A DNA stretch of 64,000 bases from Eledone cirrhosa (Eukaryota): NCBI GenBank assembly GCA_964016885.1, contig OZ024741.1, positions 164,176,001-164,240,000 of the forward strand, read 5' to 3'. This document shows, one piece after another, positions 48,223-60,900 of this stretch (its first letter is position 1; every line of letters starts with the position of its first letter). The notes under the pieces are model-generated. The model did no database searches. It saw only the letters and a list, made by a program, of their open reading frames with translations, and had not been told where the DNA came from. The position numbers were made by a program, and so were the translations under genes.

Positions 48223-48792
48223 TAGTAATAATAATACATATGAAGACTAAAATCCAAAGAGGGCTCGATAGGGATAAATATATATCAATTATATAAGAAC
48301 CGTAGAGCAAATATTTATTAAAATAACAGATTAAAGTTTAAGCAAAGAATCGGCTGCTTTCACCCTTAATGGGATCTTCTGAAACTAAAAAAAAAAAATC
48401 AATCTGTGAACGCAGACGTAAATATTTCGAAAAACGTTGTAACCGAAGGAAGACAGGAAGACGATACTTTGGTTCGTGGAGACGTAGTTTTAGGTATTTC
48501 TTCCTGCTTGGTACGGGTATGTTCTTTGTAGAAATATTCAGATGTTGTTTCTGCATGATGAATATAAGTCAATAGAGTACTCAATCAAGGGAGCCAAATA
48601 GTAATAATAATAAATTTGAAGACTAACATCCAAAGAGGTCTCGATAGGGATAAATATATAAGAACCGTAGAGCAAATATTTATTAAAATAACAGATTAAA
48701 GTTTAAGCAAAGAATTGTCTGCTTTCACCCTTAATAGGATCTTCTGAAACTAAAAAAAAAAATCAATCTGTGAACGCAGAAGTAAATATTTC
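48223..48792. repeat. ~200-bp direct repeats around a short PLE-like N-terminal fragment
   Basis: 48223-48428 repeated at ~48599-48792; part is the reverse complement of 14140-14236; spacer encodes ISTKNIPVPSRKKYLK on minus. Confidence 0.7.
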
Positions 48793-48929
48793 TAAGCCGA
48801 CCTTTCCCAATTGCACCTCTCAAGGGCAATGACACACGACCATGACCTCTGGCGTCACACAGTAATACAGAAGACCCGACTTTCCACACGAACATATTGA
48901 CAATATTTGTTTTCCTTTGTTTTTTTATG

Positions 48930-51900
48930 TCCTATCAACTAATCCGACCTCCAAAATGCTTGCAATTGACTATTTTTTTTAGCATATTAACAACAAATAT
49001 GATGTCCACTGCAATTAAAAATGGCTAGCTTTGTGAATGGTTTTTCCACCCACTTTCTGCCTTCATTTTTCTACAAAGCTAATCATTGACGATAGGTTTC
49101 AAAGTTATATTCATTCATAATATGTGAAAAAAAAAGTCAACTGCAAGCATTGGTGTGATGTAAATGATAGGAGTAGGTGTTCTGTAATAAATTTACCATA
49201 TGGTGAAGTATGGTTATGGTGAAGTATATGGTGTGGATTGGGGTAGATTAATGTGCTGTGCTGTGCTTTGTTATAAGTAAGGATTTAAATTTCCACTTTG
49301 ATTTATGTTAGAAAAAAAATTTTTCCTTCATTTTTGCCTGTGTTATCAACTTCCAAGAAGCTCGCAGTGGACTATGCTTTTAGCATATTATCAAAAAATA
49401 TGACTTCCGCTGCAATAAAAAATGACTAGCTTTGTAAATGGTATTTCCACCCACATCCTCCCTCTTTTTTCTACAAAGCTAGTCATTTTCGACAGTTTTC
49501 CATGTCATAATTATTGATAATATGTGCGAAAAATAGTCAATTGCAGCACCTTTGATGTCAGATTGGGTGGTAAGAACACACACACAAAGAAAAAAGAGAC
49601 AGAGAGAAAATTTTTCACACTGAGATCAAAAGCATGGTGTGTTAGTGGTTTTAGTGTTAGTGCTCAGATTAGTGGTTTATGGTAGTGTTAGTTTTAGTGG
49701 TAGTGTTAATGTTCAGGTTAATGTTCGTGTTAATGTCAGTTTTAGTGTTAGTGTTTACGGTAGTGTTAGTGCTAGTTTTTGTTTTTCTGTTAATGTTAGT
49801 GTTTATTTTAGTGTTGAGGTTAATGTTAGCTTAGTTTTCTGGTTAGTATCAGTTTTCGTGTTAGTTTTAATGTTAGTGTGCAGGTTAGTGTTAGTGTTTT
49901 TTTTAGTGTTAGTTTTTATGGTAGTGTTAGTGTTACTGTTAGTGCTCAGATCTGTGTTACTGTTTATGGTGTTAGCTTTAGTACTAGTGTTTAGGTTAAT
50001 GTTAGTTTTAGTGTAAGTGTTCAGGTTAGTGTTAGTGTTCAAGTTATGTTAGTGTTAGTTTTAGTGTTAAGGTTAGTGTTAGAGATTGTGTTAGTGTTTG
50101 TTTTTGTGTTAATATTTGTGTTAGTATCTCTGTTAGTGTTAGTGTTCAGGTTAATGTTAGTTTTAGTGTAAGTGTTCAGGTTAGTGTTAGCGATTGTGTT
50201 AGTGTTAGTTTTAGTGTTAAGGTTAGTGTTAGAGTTTGTGTTAGTGTTAGTATTTGTTTTTGTGTTAATATTTGTGTTAGTATCTCTGTTAGCATTATTG
50301 TTTGATGTTTCCATTAGTGTTAGTGTTAGTCTTTGTTTTTGTGTTAATGTTAGCATTAGTATTTATGTTAGTGTTAGCATGAGTGTTTGTGTTAGTGTTC
50401 AGGTTAATGTTAGCTTAGTTTTCAGGTTAGTGTTAGTGTTCAAGTTAATGTTAGTTTTAGTGTTAGAGATTGTGTTAGTGTTTGTTTTTGTGTTAATGTT
50501 TGTGTTAGTATCTCTGTTAGCATTAGTGTTTGATATTTCCATTAGTGTTAGTGATTGTGTTAGCGTTAGTCTTTGTTTTTGTGTTAATGTTAGCATTAGT
50601 ATTTCTGTTAGTGTTAGCATTAGTGTTTATGTAAGTGTTCAGGTTAATGTTAGCTTAGTTTTCAGGTTAGAGTTAGTGTTCAAGTTAATGTTAGTTTTAG
50701 TGTTGAGGTTAGTGTTAGAGATTGTGTTAGTGTTTGTTTTTGTGTTAATATTTGTGTTAGTATCTCTGTTAGCGTTAGTGTTTGTTTTAGTCTTGAAGTT
50801 AATGTTAGCTTATTTTTCTGGTTAGTATCAGTTTTCAGATTAGTGTTTGTGTTACTTTTAGTGTTAGTGCTCAGGTCAGTGTTAGTGTTTATGGTAGTGT
50901 TAGTTTTAGTGCTAGTGTTCAGGCTAATGTTTGTGCTAATGTTAGTTTTTGTGTAAGTGTTCAGGTTACTGTTAGTGTTTGTATTAGTGTTTACGGTAGT
51001 GTTAGTTTTAGTGCTGGTGTTCAGGTTAGTGTTAGTGTCAGTTTTAGTGTTAGTGTTCAGGTTAGTGTTTGTGTCAGTTTTAGTGTTAGTGTTTGTGTTA
51101 GTTTTCTATTTATGTTAGTTTTCAGATTTTGTGTTTGTGTTAGTTTTCATGTTAGCGCTAAGTTCACTGTTAGAGCATGTGTGAGTGCAAGTGTTAGGGT
51201 AAGTGTTATTTTTAAAGTTAGGTTTTCTACTTTCCAGGAAAAAAGTTGATCCCCTCTAACTTGAGTGGTGTGATATATTGTGGTAAAGTATAGTGTTTCA
51301 TAGTCTTGTGTGGTATTGTCTATTGTTGTATAGTGTAGTATGGTATATTGTTTCATAGCATGGTCTGATGCGAGGTCGTACAGTGTTTCGTAGTGTGGTG
51401 TTGGATAATCTGGTAGGGTATAATGTTTGTGAATGTGGTGTGGCATGGTATAGGTTGATGTAGTGTGGCTTAGTTTGATTATAATAATACAAATAATAAT
51501 AACAATAATAATAGTACTAATAATTGTTTTCTTGTTCCTTTTCTTTGTCTTCTTCTGTGCCTTTGTTTTCTTCTGTGCCTTTGACTTCTTCTGTGCCTTT
51601 GACTTCTTCTGTGCCTTTGACTTCTTCTGTGCCTTTGACTTCTCCTGTGCCTTTATCTTCTCCTCTGCCATCTAAATACCAAAAACAAAGAATGTAAAAC
51701 ATATATGTTGCCTATCTCTTAGACTTTACAAAGTGCTGAGGAGATAAAGTTAATTTAAAGACCAGTGTGCTCATGCACTGTGATCCTATAATGTATCTTA
51801 TAAGCTATTTCATAACTAAAAAACAATGTCAAACATCAACAAAAGTATATACAAATATCTTTGAATGTTTAAGTTAAACCTAAATAGACTGTATCTACAG

Positions 51901-54900
51901 GTCATTAGGTTAAGACTGAACTAAGATCATATCTATAAATCATTAGGTTTAGACTGAACTGAGATCATACTTTCTTCTTCTTTTCGTCATCTTCGTTTCC
52001 CGTGTCTTCTTTGACTTTGTTGTCATTTTCATTTTAGTCGTCTGCTTCGTCGTCTTTTTCTTCTTTTCCATCTAAATATAAACAAAAATTGTAAACAAAT
52101 ATATAGCTGATCTCTCAGACTTTCACGAAACACCGAGGAGATACAGTTAATATAACGAGTGGGGAGCTCATATATATATATATATGGTATAGCATGGCGG
52201 TATGTGGTCTGGTGTGGTACAACATGGTGTGATGTGGTGTGGTATGATATGGTGATGGGGGGTGGGGGGGGGACACAACGTTAGATTAATGTTAACAATA
52301 CACATGTAGCATCCACATGTGATGAGAAGGGGGAAACAGTGTTTAACTAATTTTAACATTACATGTAGCATCCATCTACAGGTGATTAAGTTAAGACTGA
52401 GGTGTAATCATATGAAAAGGTCAATTTAAAACTACACTGAGATTCTGCTTAAAATGATGGTCAATGAAGTGTTTACTTACTCAGATCCTTTGAAATAACT
52501 TTCTTTCTCTTACTGTAACTGGACATACCTACGAAATAGAAAACAGTCGAATAGACAGTGGTGTGGTGTGGTGTAGTGTAGTGTGGTTTAGTGTAGTGGA
52601 CAGTGGTGTGGTGTAGTGTAGTGGAGTGTGGTTTAGTGTAGTGGACAGTGGTGTAGTGGAGTGTGGTTCAATGTAGGGTGGGGGATATGGTGTAGTGGAG
52701 TGTGGTGGTATGTAGTGTGGTAGCATGTGGTGTGATGGCATGTGATGTGATGTGGCGTGGTGAAAAGAGGCGAGGCGAGACAAGACGAGAGGAGACGTGG
52801 TGTGATGGCGTGCGGAGTGATTTGATGTGGTGTGATGTGATGGCGTGCGGAGTGATTTGATGTGGTGTGATGTGAAATTTTTTCATCCTATTTTTCATGT
52901 CCTATAAACTTCCAAGAAGCTCGCAGTGGACTATGCTTTTAGCATATTAACCAAAAATATGACTTCCGCTGCAATAAAAAATGACTAGCTTTGTAAATGG
53001 TATTTCCACCCACATCCTCCCTCTTTTTTCTACAAAGCTAGTCATTTTCGACAGTTTTCCATGTCATAATTATTGATAATATGTGCGAAAAATAGTCAAT
53101 TGCAGCACCTTTGATGTCAGATTGGGTGGTAAGAACACACACAAAAAAAAAAATGAAACGGGAAGAAAATTTTTCAGACTGAGATCAAAAGCATGGTGTG
53201 ATGTAGAATGGTGTAGTTTGTTGTGGTGTGGTTTGGATTGTTGTAGTTATGACATGGGAACCTATTGCAAATGATTGATTTCCATGTTATATACATTGAT
53301 AATGTGTAAAAAAAATAGTCATTTGTGAACACCTTTGATATCAGATTGGGTGGTAAGCACACACACACACAGAAAAAAAAAAAACAGGAAGAAAAATGTT
53401 CTCACTGAGATTAATAGCATGGTGTGATGTAGTATGGTGTAGTTTGATGTAGTTTAATGTGGTATGGTTTTCCAACCTCCAACATGCTCACAGCCGACTA
53501 TGCTTTTACCATCATCATCATCATTTTACGTCCACTTTTCCCTGCTTGCAAGGGTGGGATGGGAACTGATTCTGGCTTGATTTCTACAGCTGGATGCCCT
53601 TCCTAACACCAACCTCATTTACAGTGAGTGCTGGGTGGTCTTTGCCATGGCACCTACACGACCACTTTGCAGTGGAATGATAGGGACACCAGTCCCTATC
53701 ATCTCATTTCTACAGCTGAGTAAACTGGAGCAATGTGAAATAAAGTGTCTTGCTCAAGGAAACAACACACCACCTGGTCTGAGAATTGAACTCACAACCT
53801 TTCGATTGCAAGGCCAATGCTCTAACCACTAAGCCATGTGCCTCCATTACCATATTAACAACAAATATGACTTTAACTGCAATAAAAAATGACAAGCTTT
53901 GTGAATGGTATTTCCACCCACTTTCCGCCCTCTTTTTTCTACAAAGCTAGTCATTTTCAATAGGTTTCAAAGTCTTCATCGATAATATGTGCAAAAAATA
54001 GTTAATTGCAAACACTTTTAATGTCAGATTGGGTGGTAAGCACACACACAAAAAAAGACAAAAAAAGCAGGAAGAAAATTGTTCACACTGAGTTCAGTAG
54101 CATGGTGTGATGTAGTATGGTGTAGTTTGTTATGGTGTGGTTTGGTTTGGTGTAGTTTGGTATGGTTTTGTTTGGTGTAGTTATAACATGGAAACCTATC
54201 ATAAATTTACCAAGGTATGGTATAATCTGGTTTGGTGTAGTGTAGGTTAGTGTGGTGTGGTGTGTTATTGTGTTGCATCGTATAGCGTGATTCTCTTTAA
54301 ATTGAAATCATTAAAATGTAATGCCTATCTTCTATATCTTAAAGAGTGACCTTAAATGTGATTGCAAATGACTTTTTTCTCTGGATTAATGTTAGATTTA
54401 GGGTTAGTGTTAGGGTAAGTTTTACTGTTAATGGTAAGTTTATTGTTAGTGACTGTGTTACTGTTAGCATTACTGTCACTGTTAGTGTTACTGTAACTGT
54501 TACTCTTACAGTTACTGTTTGCGTTACTGTCTGCATCAGCGTTAGCATTTGCGTAAGCGTCTATGTAAGCTTTTGTGTTAGTGTCTATGTAGACTGGTGT
54601 TAGCATCTGCGTTAGTGTTTGGATTAGCCTTAGTGTTTGCGTATGGTGTCAGCATCTATGTCAGCATTTGCGTCAGCGTCTGCATTGGTGATAGTGATTG
54701 TGTCAGCATTTCCCTTAGCGTCTGAGTCAACATTAGTGTTAGCATTAGTGTTTGTTTCAGTGCCTACGTCTACATCAGCTTCTGAGTCAGCATTATCATT
54801 AGCGTCCGCGTCAGCACTTGTGTCAGTGTCAGCGTTTGCATCAGCGTGCACGTCAGCATTTGCATTAGTGTTTGTGTCAGAGTTTGCATTTGTGTAGGGG

Positions 54901-57900
54901 TTAGCATTTGCGTCAGCATCTGCATCAGCATTCACATTAGCATTAGCGTTTGCGACAGCGTTTCCTTTAACGTCTTTGCCAGCATTTCCGTTAGCGTCTG
55001 TGTCAGTGTTTCCGTTAGCTTCTACGTCAGCGTTTCCGTTAGCTTCTACGTCAGTGTTTCCGTTAGCTTCTACGTCAGCATTTCCGTTAGCATCTACGTC
55101 AGCATTTCCGTTAGCATCTATGTCAGTGTTTCCGTTAGCGTCTGTGTCAGTGTTTCCGTTAGCTTCTACGTCAGCGTTTCCGTTAGCGTCTACGTCAGCG
55201 TTTCCGACCGCGTCTGTGTCAGCGTCAGTATTTACATCTACATCAGCATCAGCGTTTCAGTTAACGTCAGTGTTTACATTAGCGTCTGTGTCAGCGTTTA
55301 CGTTAGCTTCTGTGTCAGCGTTTACGTTAGCTTCTACGTCAGCGTTTCCGTAACGTCTACGTCAGCGTTTTCCGTTAGCATTGGCGTTTCCATCAACCTT
55401 TCCTGTGGCGTCCGCATCATTGCAGCGTCTGCATATCCCATGTAAGCGTTAACTTCAGCATTTGCATCAGCGTTAGCGTTAGCCTTAGCTCTAGCGTCCG
55501 TATCAGCATTTGCGTTAGCGTCAGCATACACGTCAGCGCCGGCAATACTGCCTCAACATTTGCGTCAGCGTTAGCTTGGCTTTGGCTTCAGCAATCCGCA
55601 TCAGCAATTGCGTTTTGGAGATCAGCTTCGGCGGTAAGGGTAAACGCTAACTTCTACGCCTGCTTCTACGTAACAACTACGTCAGAGTTTTGTTAGCTTC
55701 TACGTCAGCGTTTACGTTAGCTTCTACATCAGCACCTACGTTAGCTTCTACGTCAGCGTCTACGTTAACATCTACGTCATCGTTTACGTTAGCTTCTACA
55801 TCAGCATCTACGTTAGCTTCTACGTCAGCGCTTACATTAGTGTCTGTGTCAGCGTTTGTGTTAGCTTCTACATTAGCGTCTGTATTTACATCTACACCAC
55901 CGTCAGCGTTTACATTTGCGTCTGTGTCAGCATTTACGTTAGCTTCTACGTCATCGTTTATGTTAGCGACTGTGTCAACGTGTTAGCATCTGTGTCAGCG
56001 TTTATGTTAGCGTCTGCATCAGTGTTTATATTAGCATCTGCGTAAGTGTTTACGTTAGCATCTGTGTTAACATGTGTCAGCGTCTGTGTCAGCATTTTCA
56101 TTAGTGTTTGCATCAGTGTTTCCTTTAGCTTCTACGTCAATGTTTACGTCTGCGTTAAGGTTCACATTAGCATCGCTGTCATCGTTTGCATCAGCATTTG
56201 CGTTTGCTTTCACATCTGCATCAACATTTGCCTCTTTGTTTGCATTAGTGTCTGCATTTGCTTTAGTGTTTGCATCAGTTTTAGCATTTGTGTCAGTGTC
56301 CACGTCAGCGTCAGAGTCTGTGTAGCATTTACATCAGCGTGTGCATCAGAGTCTTTGTCAGCATTCGCCTTTGCACCTGCATCAGTATTCACCTTAGTCT
56401 TTGTGTCAGCGTAAGTGATTGTGTCAACATTTGCGCTAGCGTTTGTGCCAGCAGAGCCATCTTCGTCAGTGTCAACTTTGGCGTTAGTGTTTCCATTAGA
56501 GTTCATGTTAGTGTTTGATTTTGTATTAGTGTTAGCAATTTTGTTAGTGTTAGTGCTAGCATTTTTGTTAGTGTTAGTGTTAAGGTTAGTGTTAGTATTT
56601 GTTTTTGTGTTAATATTTGTGTTAGTATCTCTGTTAGCATTAGTGTTTGATGTTTCCATTAGTGTTAGTGATTGTGTTAGTGTTTGTTTTTGTGTTAGTA
56701 TCTCTGTTAGTGTTAGTTTTAGTGTAAGTGTTCAAGTTAATGTTAGTGTTAGTTTTAGTGTTAGTATTTGTTTTTGTGTTAATATTTGTGTTAGTATCTC
56801 TGTTAGCATTAGTGTTTGATGTTTCCATTAGTGTTAGTGATTGTGTTAGTGTTAGTCTTTGTTTTTGTGTTAATGTTAGCATTAGTATTTCTGTTAGTGT
56901 TAGCATGAGTGTTTGTGTTAGTGTTCAGGTTAATGTTAGCTTATTTTTCAGGTTAGTGTTAGTGTTCAAGTTAATGTTAGTTTTAGTGTTAGAGATTGTG
57001 TTAGTGTTTGTTTTTGTGTTAATATGTGTGTTAGTATCACTGTTAGTGTTAGTTTTAGTGTTAAGGTTAGTGTTAGAGATTGTGTTAGTGATAGTATTTG
57101 TTTATGTGTTAATATTTGTGTTAGTACCTCTGTTAGCATTAGTGTTTGATGTTTCCATTAGTGTTACTGATTGTGTTAGCGTTAGTCTTTTTTTGTGTTA
57201 ATGTTAGCGTTAATGTTAGCATTAGTATTTCTGTTAGTGTTAGCATGAGTGTTTGTGTTAGTGTTCAGGTTAATGTTAGCTTATTTTTCAGGTTAGTGTT
57301 AGTGTTCAAGTTAATGTTAGTTTTAGTGTTAGAGATTGTGTTAGTGTTTGTTTTTGTGTTAATATTTGTGTTAGTATCACTGTTAGTGTTAGTTTTAGTG
57401 TTAAGGTTAGTGTTAGAGATTGTGTTAGTGATAGTATTTGTTTTTGTGTTAATATTTGTGTTAGTACCTCTGTTAGCATTAGTGTTTGATGTTTCCATTA
57501 GTGTTAATGATTGTGTTGGCGTTAGTCTTTTTTTGTGTTAATGTTAGCGTTAATGTTAGCATTAGTATTTCTGTTAGAGTTAGCATGAGTGTTTGTGTTA
57601 GTGTTCAGGTTAATGTTAGCTTAGTTTTCAGGTTAGTGTTAGTGTTCAAGTTAATGTTAGTTTTAGTGTTAGAGATTGTGTTAGTGTTTGTTTTTGTGTT
57701 AATATTTGTGTTAGTATCTCTGCTAGTGTTAGTTTTAGTGTTAGTGTTCAGGTTAATGTTAGTTTTAGTGTAAGTGTTCAAGTTAATGGTAGTGTTAGTT
57801 TTAGTGTTAAGGTTAGTGTTAGAGATTGTGTTAGTGTTGGTATTTGTTTTTGTGTTAATATTTGTGTTAGTATCTCTGTTAGCATTAGTGTTTGATGTTT

Positions 57901-60900
57901 CCATTAGTGTTAGTGATTGTGTTAGCGTTAGTCTTTGTTTTTGTGTTAATTTTAGCATTAGTATTTCTGTTAGTGTTAGCATTAGTGTTTATGTTAGTGT
58001 TCAGGTTAATGTTAGCTTAGTTTTCAGGTTAGAGTTAGTGTTCTAGTTAATGTTAGTTTTAGTGTTGAGGTTAGTGTTAGAGATTGTGTTAGTGTTTGTT
58101 TTTGTGTTAATATTTGTGTTAGTATCTCTGTTTGCGTTAGTGTTTGTTTTAGTGTTGAAGTTAATGTTAGCTTAGTTTTCTGGTTAGTATCAATTTTCAG
58201 ATTAGTGTTTGTGTTAGTTTTACTTTTAGTGTTAGAGCTCAGGTCAGTGTTTGTGTTTATGGTAGTGTTAGTTTTAGTGCTAGTGTTCAGGCTAATGTTT
58301 GTGCTAATGTTAGTTTTAGTGTAAGTGTTCAGGTTAGTGTTAGTGTTTGTATTAGTGTTTACGGTAGTGTTAGTTTTAGTGCTGGTGTTCAGGTTAGTGT
58401 TAGTGTCAGTTTTAGTGTTAGTGTCAGTTTTAGTGTTAGTGTTTGTGTTAGTTTTCTATTTAATGTTAGTTTTCAGATTTTGTGTTTGTGTTAGTTTTCA
58501 TGTTAGCGCTAAGTTCACTGTTAGAACATGTGTGAGTGCAAGTGTTAGGGTAAGTGTTATTTTTAAAGTTTAGCTTAAAGTTAGGTTTTCTACTTTCCAG
58601 GAAAAAAGTTGATGCTCTCTAACTTGAGTGGTGTGATATATTGTGGTAAAGTATAGTATTTCATAGTCTTGTGTGGTATTGTCTATTGTTGTATAGTGTA
58701 GTATGGTATATTGTTTCATAGCATGGTCTGATGTGAGGTCGTACAGTGTTTCGTAGTGTGGTGTTGGATAATCTGGTAGGGTATAATGTTTGTGAATGTG
58801 GTGTGGTATGGTATAGGTTGATGTAGTGTGGCTTAGTTTGATTATAATAATACAAATAATAATAACAATAATAATAGTAATAATAATTGTTCTTCTTGTT
58901 CATTTTCTTTGACTTCTTCTGTGCCTTTGACTCCTTCTGTGCCTTTGACTTCTTCTGTGCCTTTGACTGCTTCTGTGGCTTTGACTTCTTCTGTGCCTTT
59001 GACTTCTTCTGTGCCTTTGACTTCTTCTGTGCCTTTGACTTCTTCTGTGCCTTTGACTTCTCCTGTGCCTTCATCTTCTCCTCTGCCATCTAAATACCAA
59101 AAACAAAGAATGTAAAACATATATGTTGCCTATCTCTCAGACTTTACAAAGTGCTGAGGAGATAAAGTTAATTTAAAGAGCAGTGTGCTCATGCACTGTG
59201 ATCCTATAATGTAGCTTATAAGCTATTTCATAACTAAAAAACAATGTCAAACATCCACAAAAGTATATACAAATATCTTTGAATGTTTAAGTTAAACCTA
59301 AATAGATCGTATCTACAGGTCATTAGGTTTAGACTGAACTAAGATCATATCTATAAATCATTAGGTTTAGACTGAACTGAGATCATACTTTCTTCTTCTT
59401 TTCGTCATCTTCGTTTCCCGTGTCTTCTTTGACTTTGTTGTCATTTTCATTTTAGTCGTCTGCTTCGTCGTCTTTTTCTTCTTTTCCATCTAAATATAAA
59501 AAAAAATTGTAAACATATATATAGCTGATCTCTCAGACTTTCACGAAACACCGAGGAGATACAGTTAATATAACGAGTGGGGAGCTCATATATATATATA
59601 TGGTATAGCATGGTGGTATGTGGTCTGGTGTGGTACAACATGGTGTGATGTGGTGTGGTATGATATGGTGAGGCCGGGGGGGGGGGGACACAACGTTAGA
59701 TTAATGTTAACAATACACATGTAGCATCCACATGTGATGAGAAGGGGGAAACAGTGTTTAACTAATTTTAACATTACATGTAGCATCCATCTACAGGTGA
59801 TTAAGTTAAGACTGAGGTGTAATCATATGAAAAGGTCAATTTAAAACTACACTGAGATTCTGCTTAAAATGATGGTCAATGAAGTGTTTACTTACTCAGA
59901 TCCTTTGAAATAACTTTCTTTCTCTTACTGTAACTGGACATACCTACGAAATAGAAAACAGTCGAATAGACAGTGGTGTGGTGTGGTGTGGTGTAGTGTA
60001 GTGTGGTTTAGTGTAGTGGACAGTGGTGTGGTGTAGTGTAATGGAGTGTGGTTTAGTGTAGTGGACAGTGGTGTGGTGTAGTGGAGTGTGGTTCAATGTA
60101 GGGTGGGGGATATGGTGTAGTGGAGTGTGGTGGTATGTAGTGTGGTAGCATGTGGTGTGATGGCATGTGATGTGATGTGGCATGGTGAAATGTGATGTGA
60201 TGTGATGAAATGTGGCGTGGCATGGTGAAATGTGATGTGGCGTGGTGAAACGTGGCGTCGCGTGGTGAAATGAGGCGAGGCGAGACAAGACAAGAGGAGA
60301 CGTGGTGTGATGGCGTGCGGAGTGATTTGATGTGGTGTGATGTGATGGCGTGCGGAGTGATTTGATGTGGTGTGATGTGAAATTTTTTCATCCTATTTTT
60401 CATGTGCTATAAACTTCCAAGAAGCTCGCAGTGGACTATGCTTTTAGCATATTAACAAAAAATATGACTTCCGCTGCAATAAAAAATGACTAGCTTTGTA
60501 AATGGTATTTCCACCCACATCCTCCCTCTTTTTTCTACAAAGCTAGTCATTTTCGACAGTTTTCCATGTCATAATTATTGATAATATGTGCGAAAAATAG
60601 TCAATTGCAGCACCTTTGATGTCAGATTGGGTGGTAAGAACACACACAAAAAAAAAAAAGAAACGGGAAGAAAATTTTTCAGACTGAGATCAAAAGCATG
60701 GTGTGATGTAGAATGGTGTAGTTTGTTGTGGTGTGGTTTGGATTGTTGTAGTTATGACATGGGAACCTATTGCAAATGATAGGTTTCCATGTTATATACA
60801 TTGATAATGTGTAAAAAAATAGTTATTTGTGAGCACCTTTGATATCAGATTGGGTGGTAAGCACACACACACACACAGAAAAAAAAAAACAGGAAGAAAA

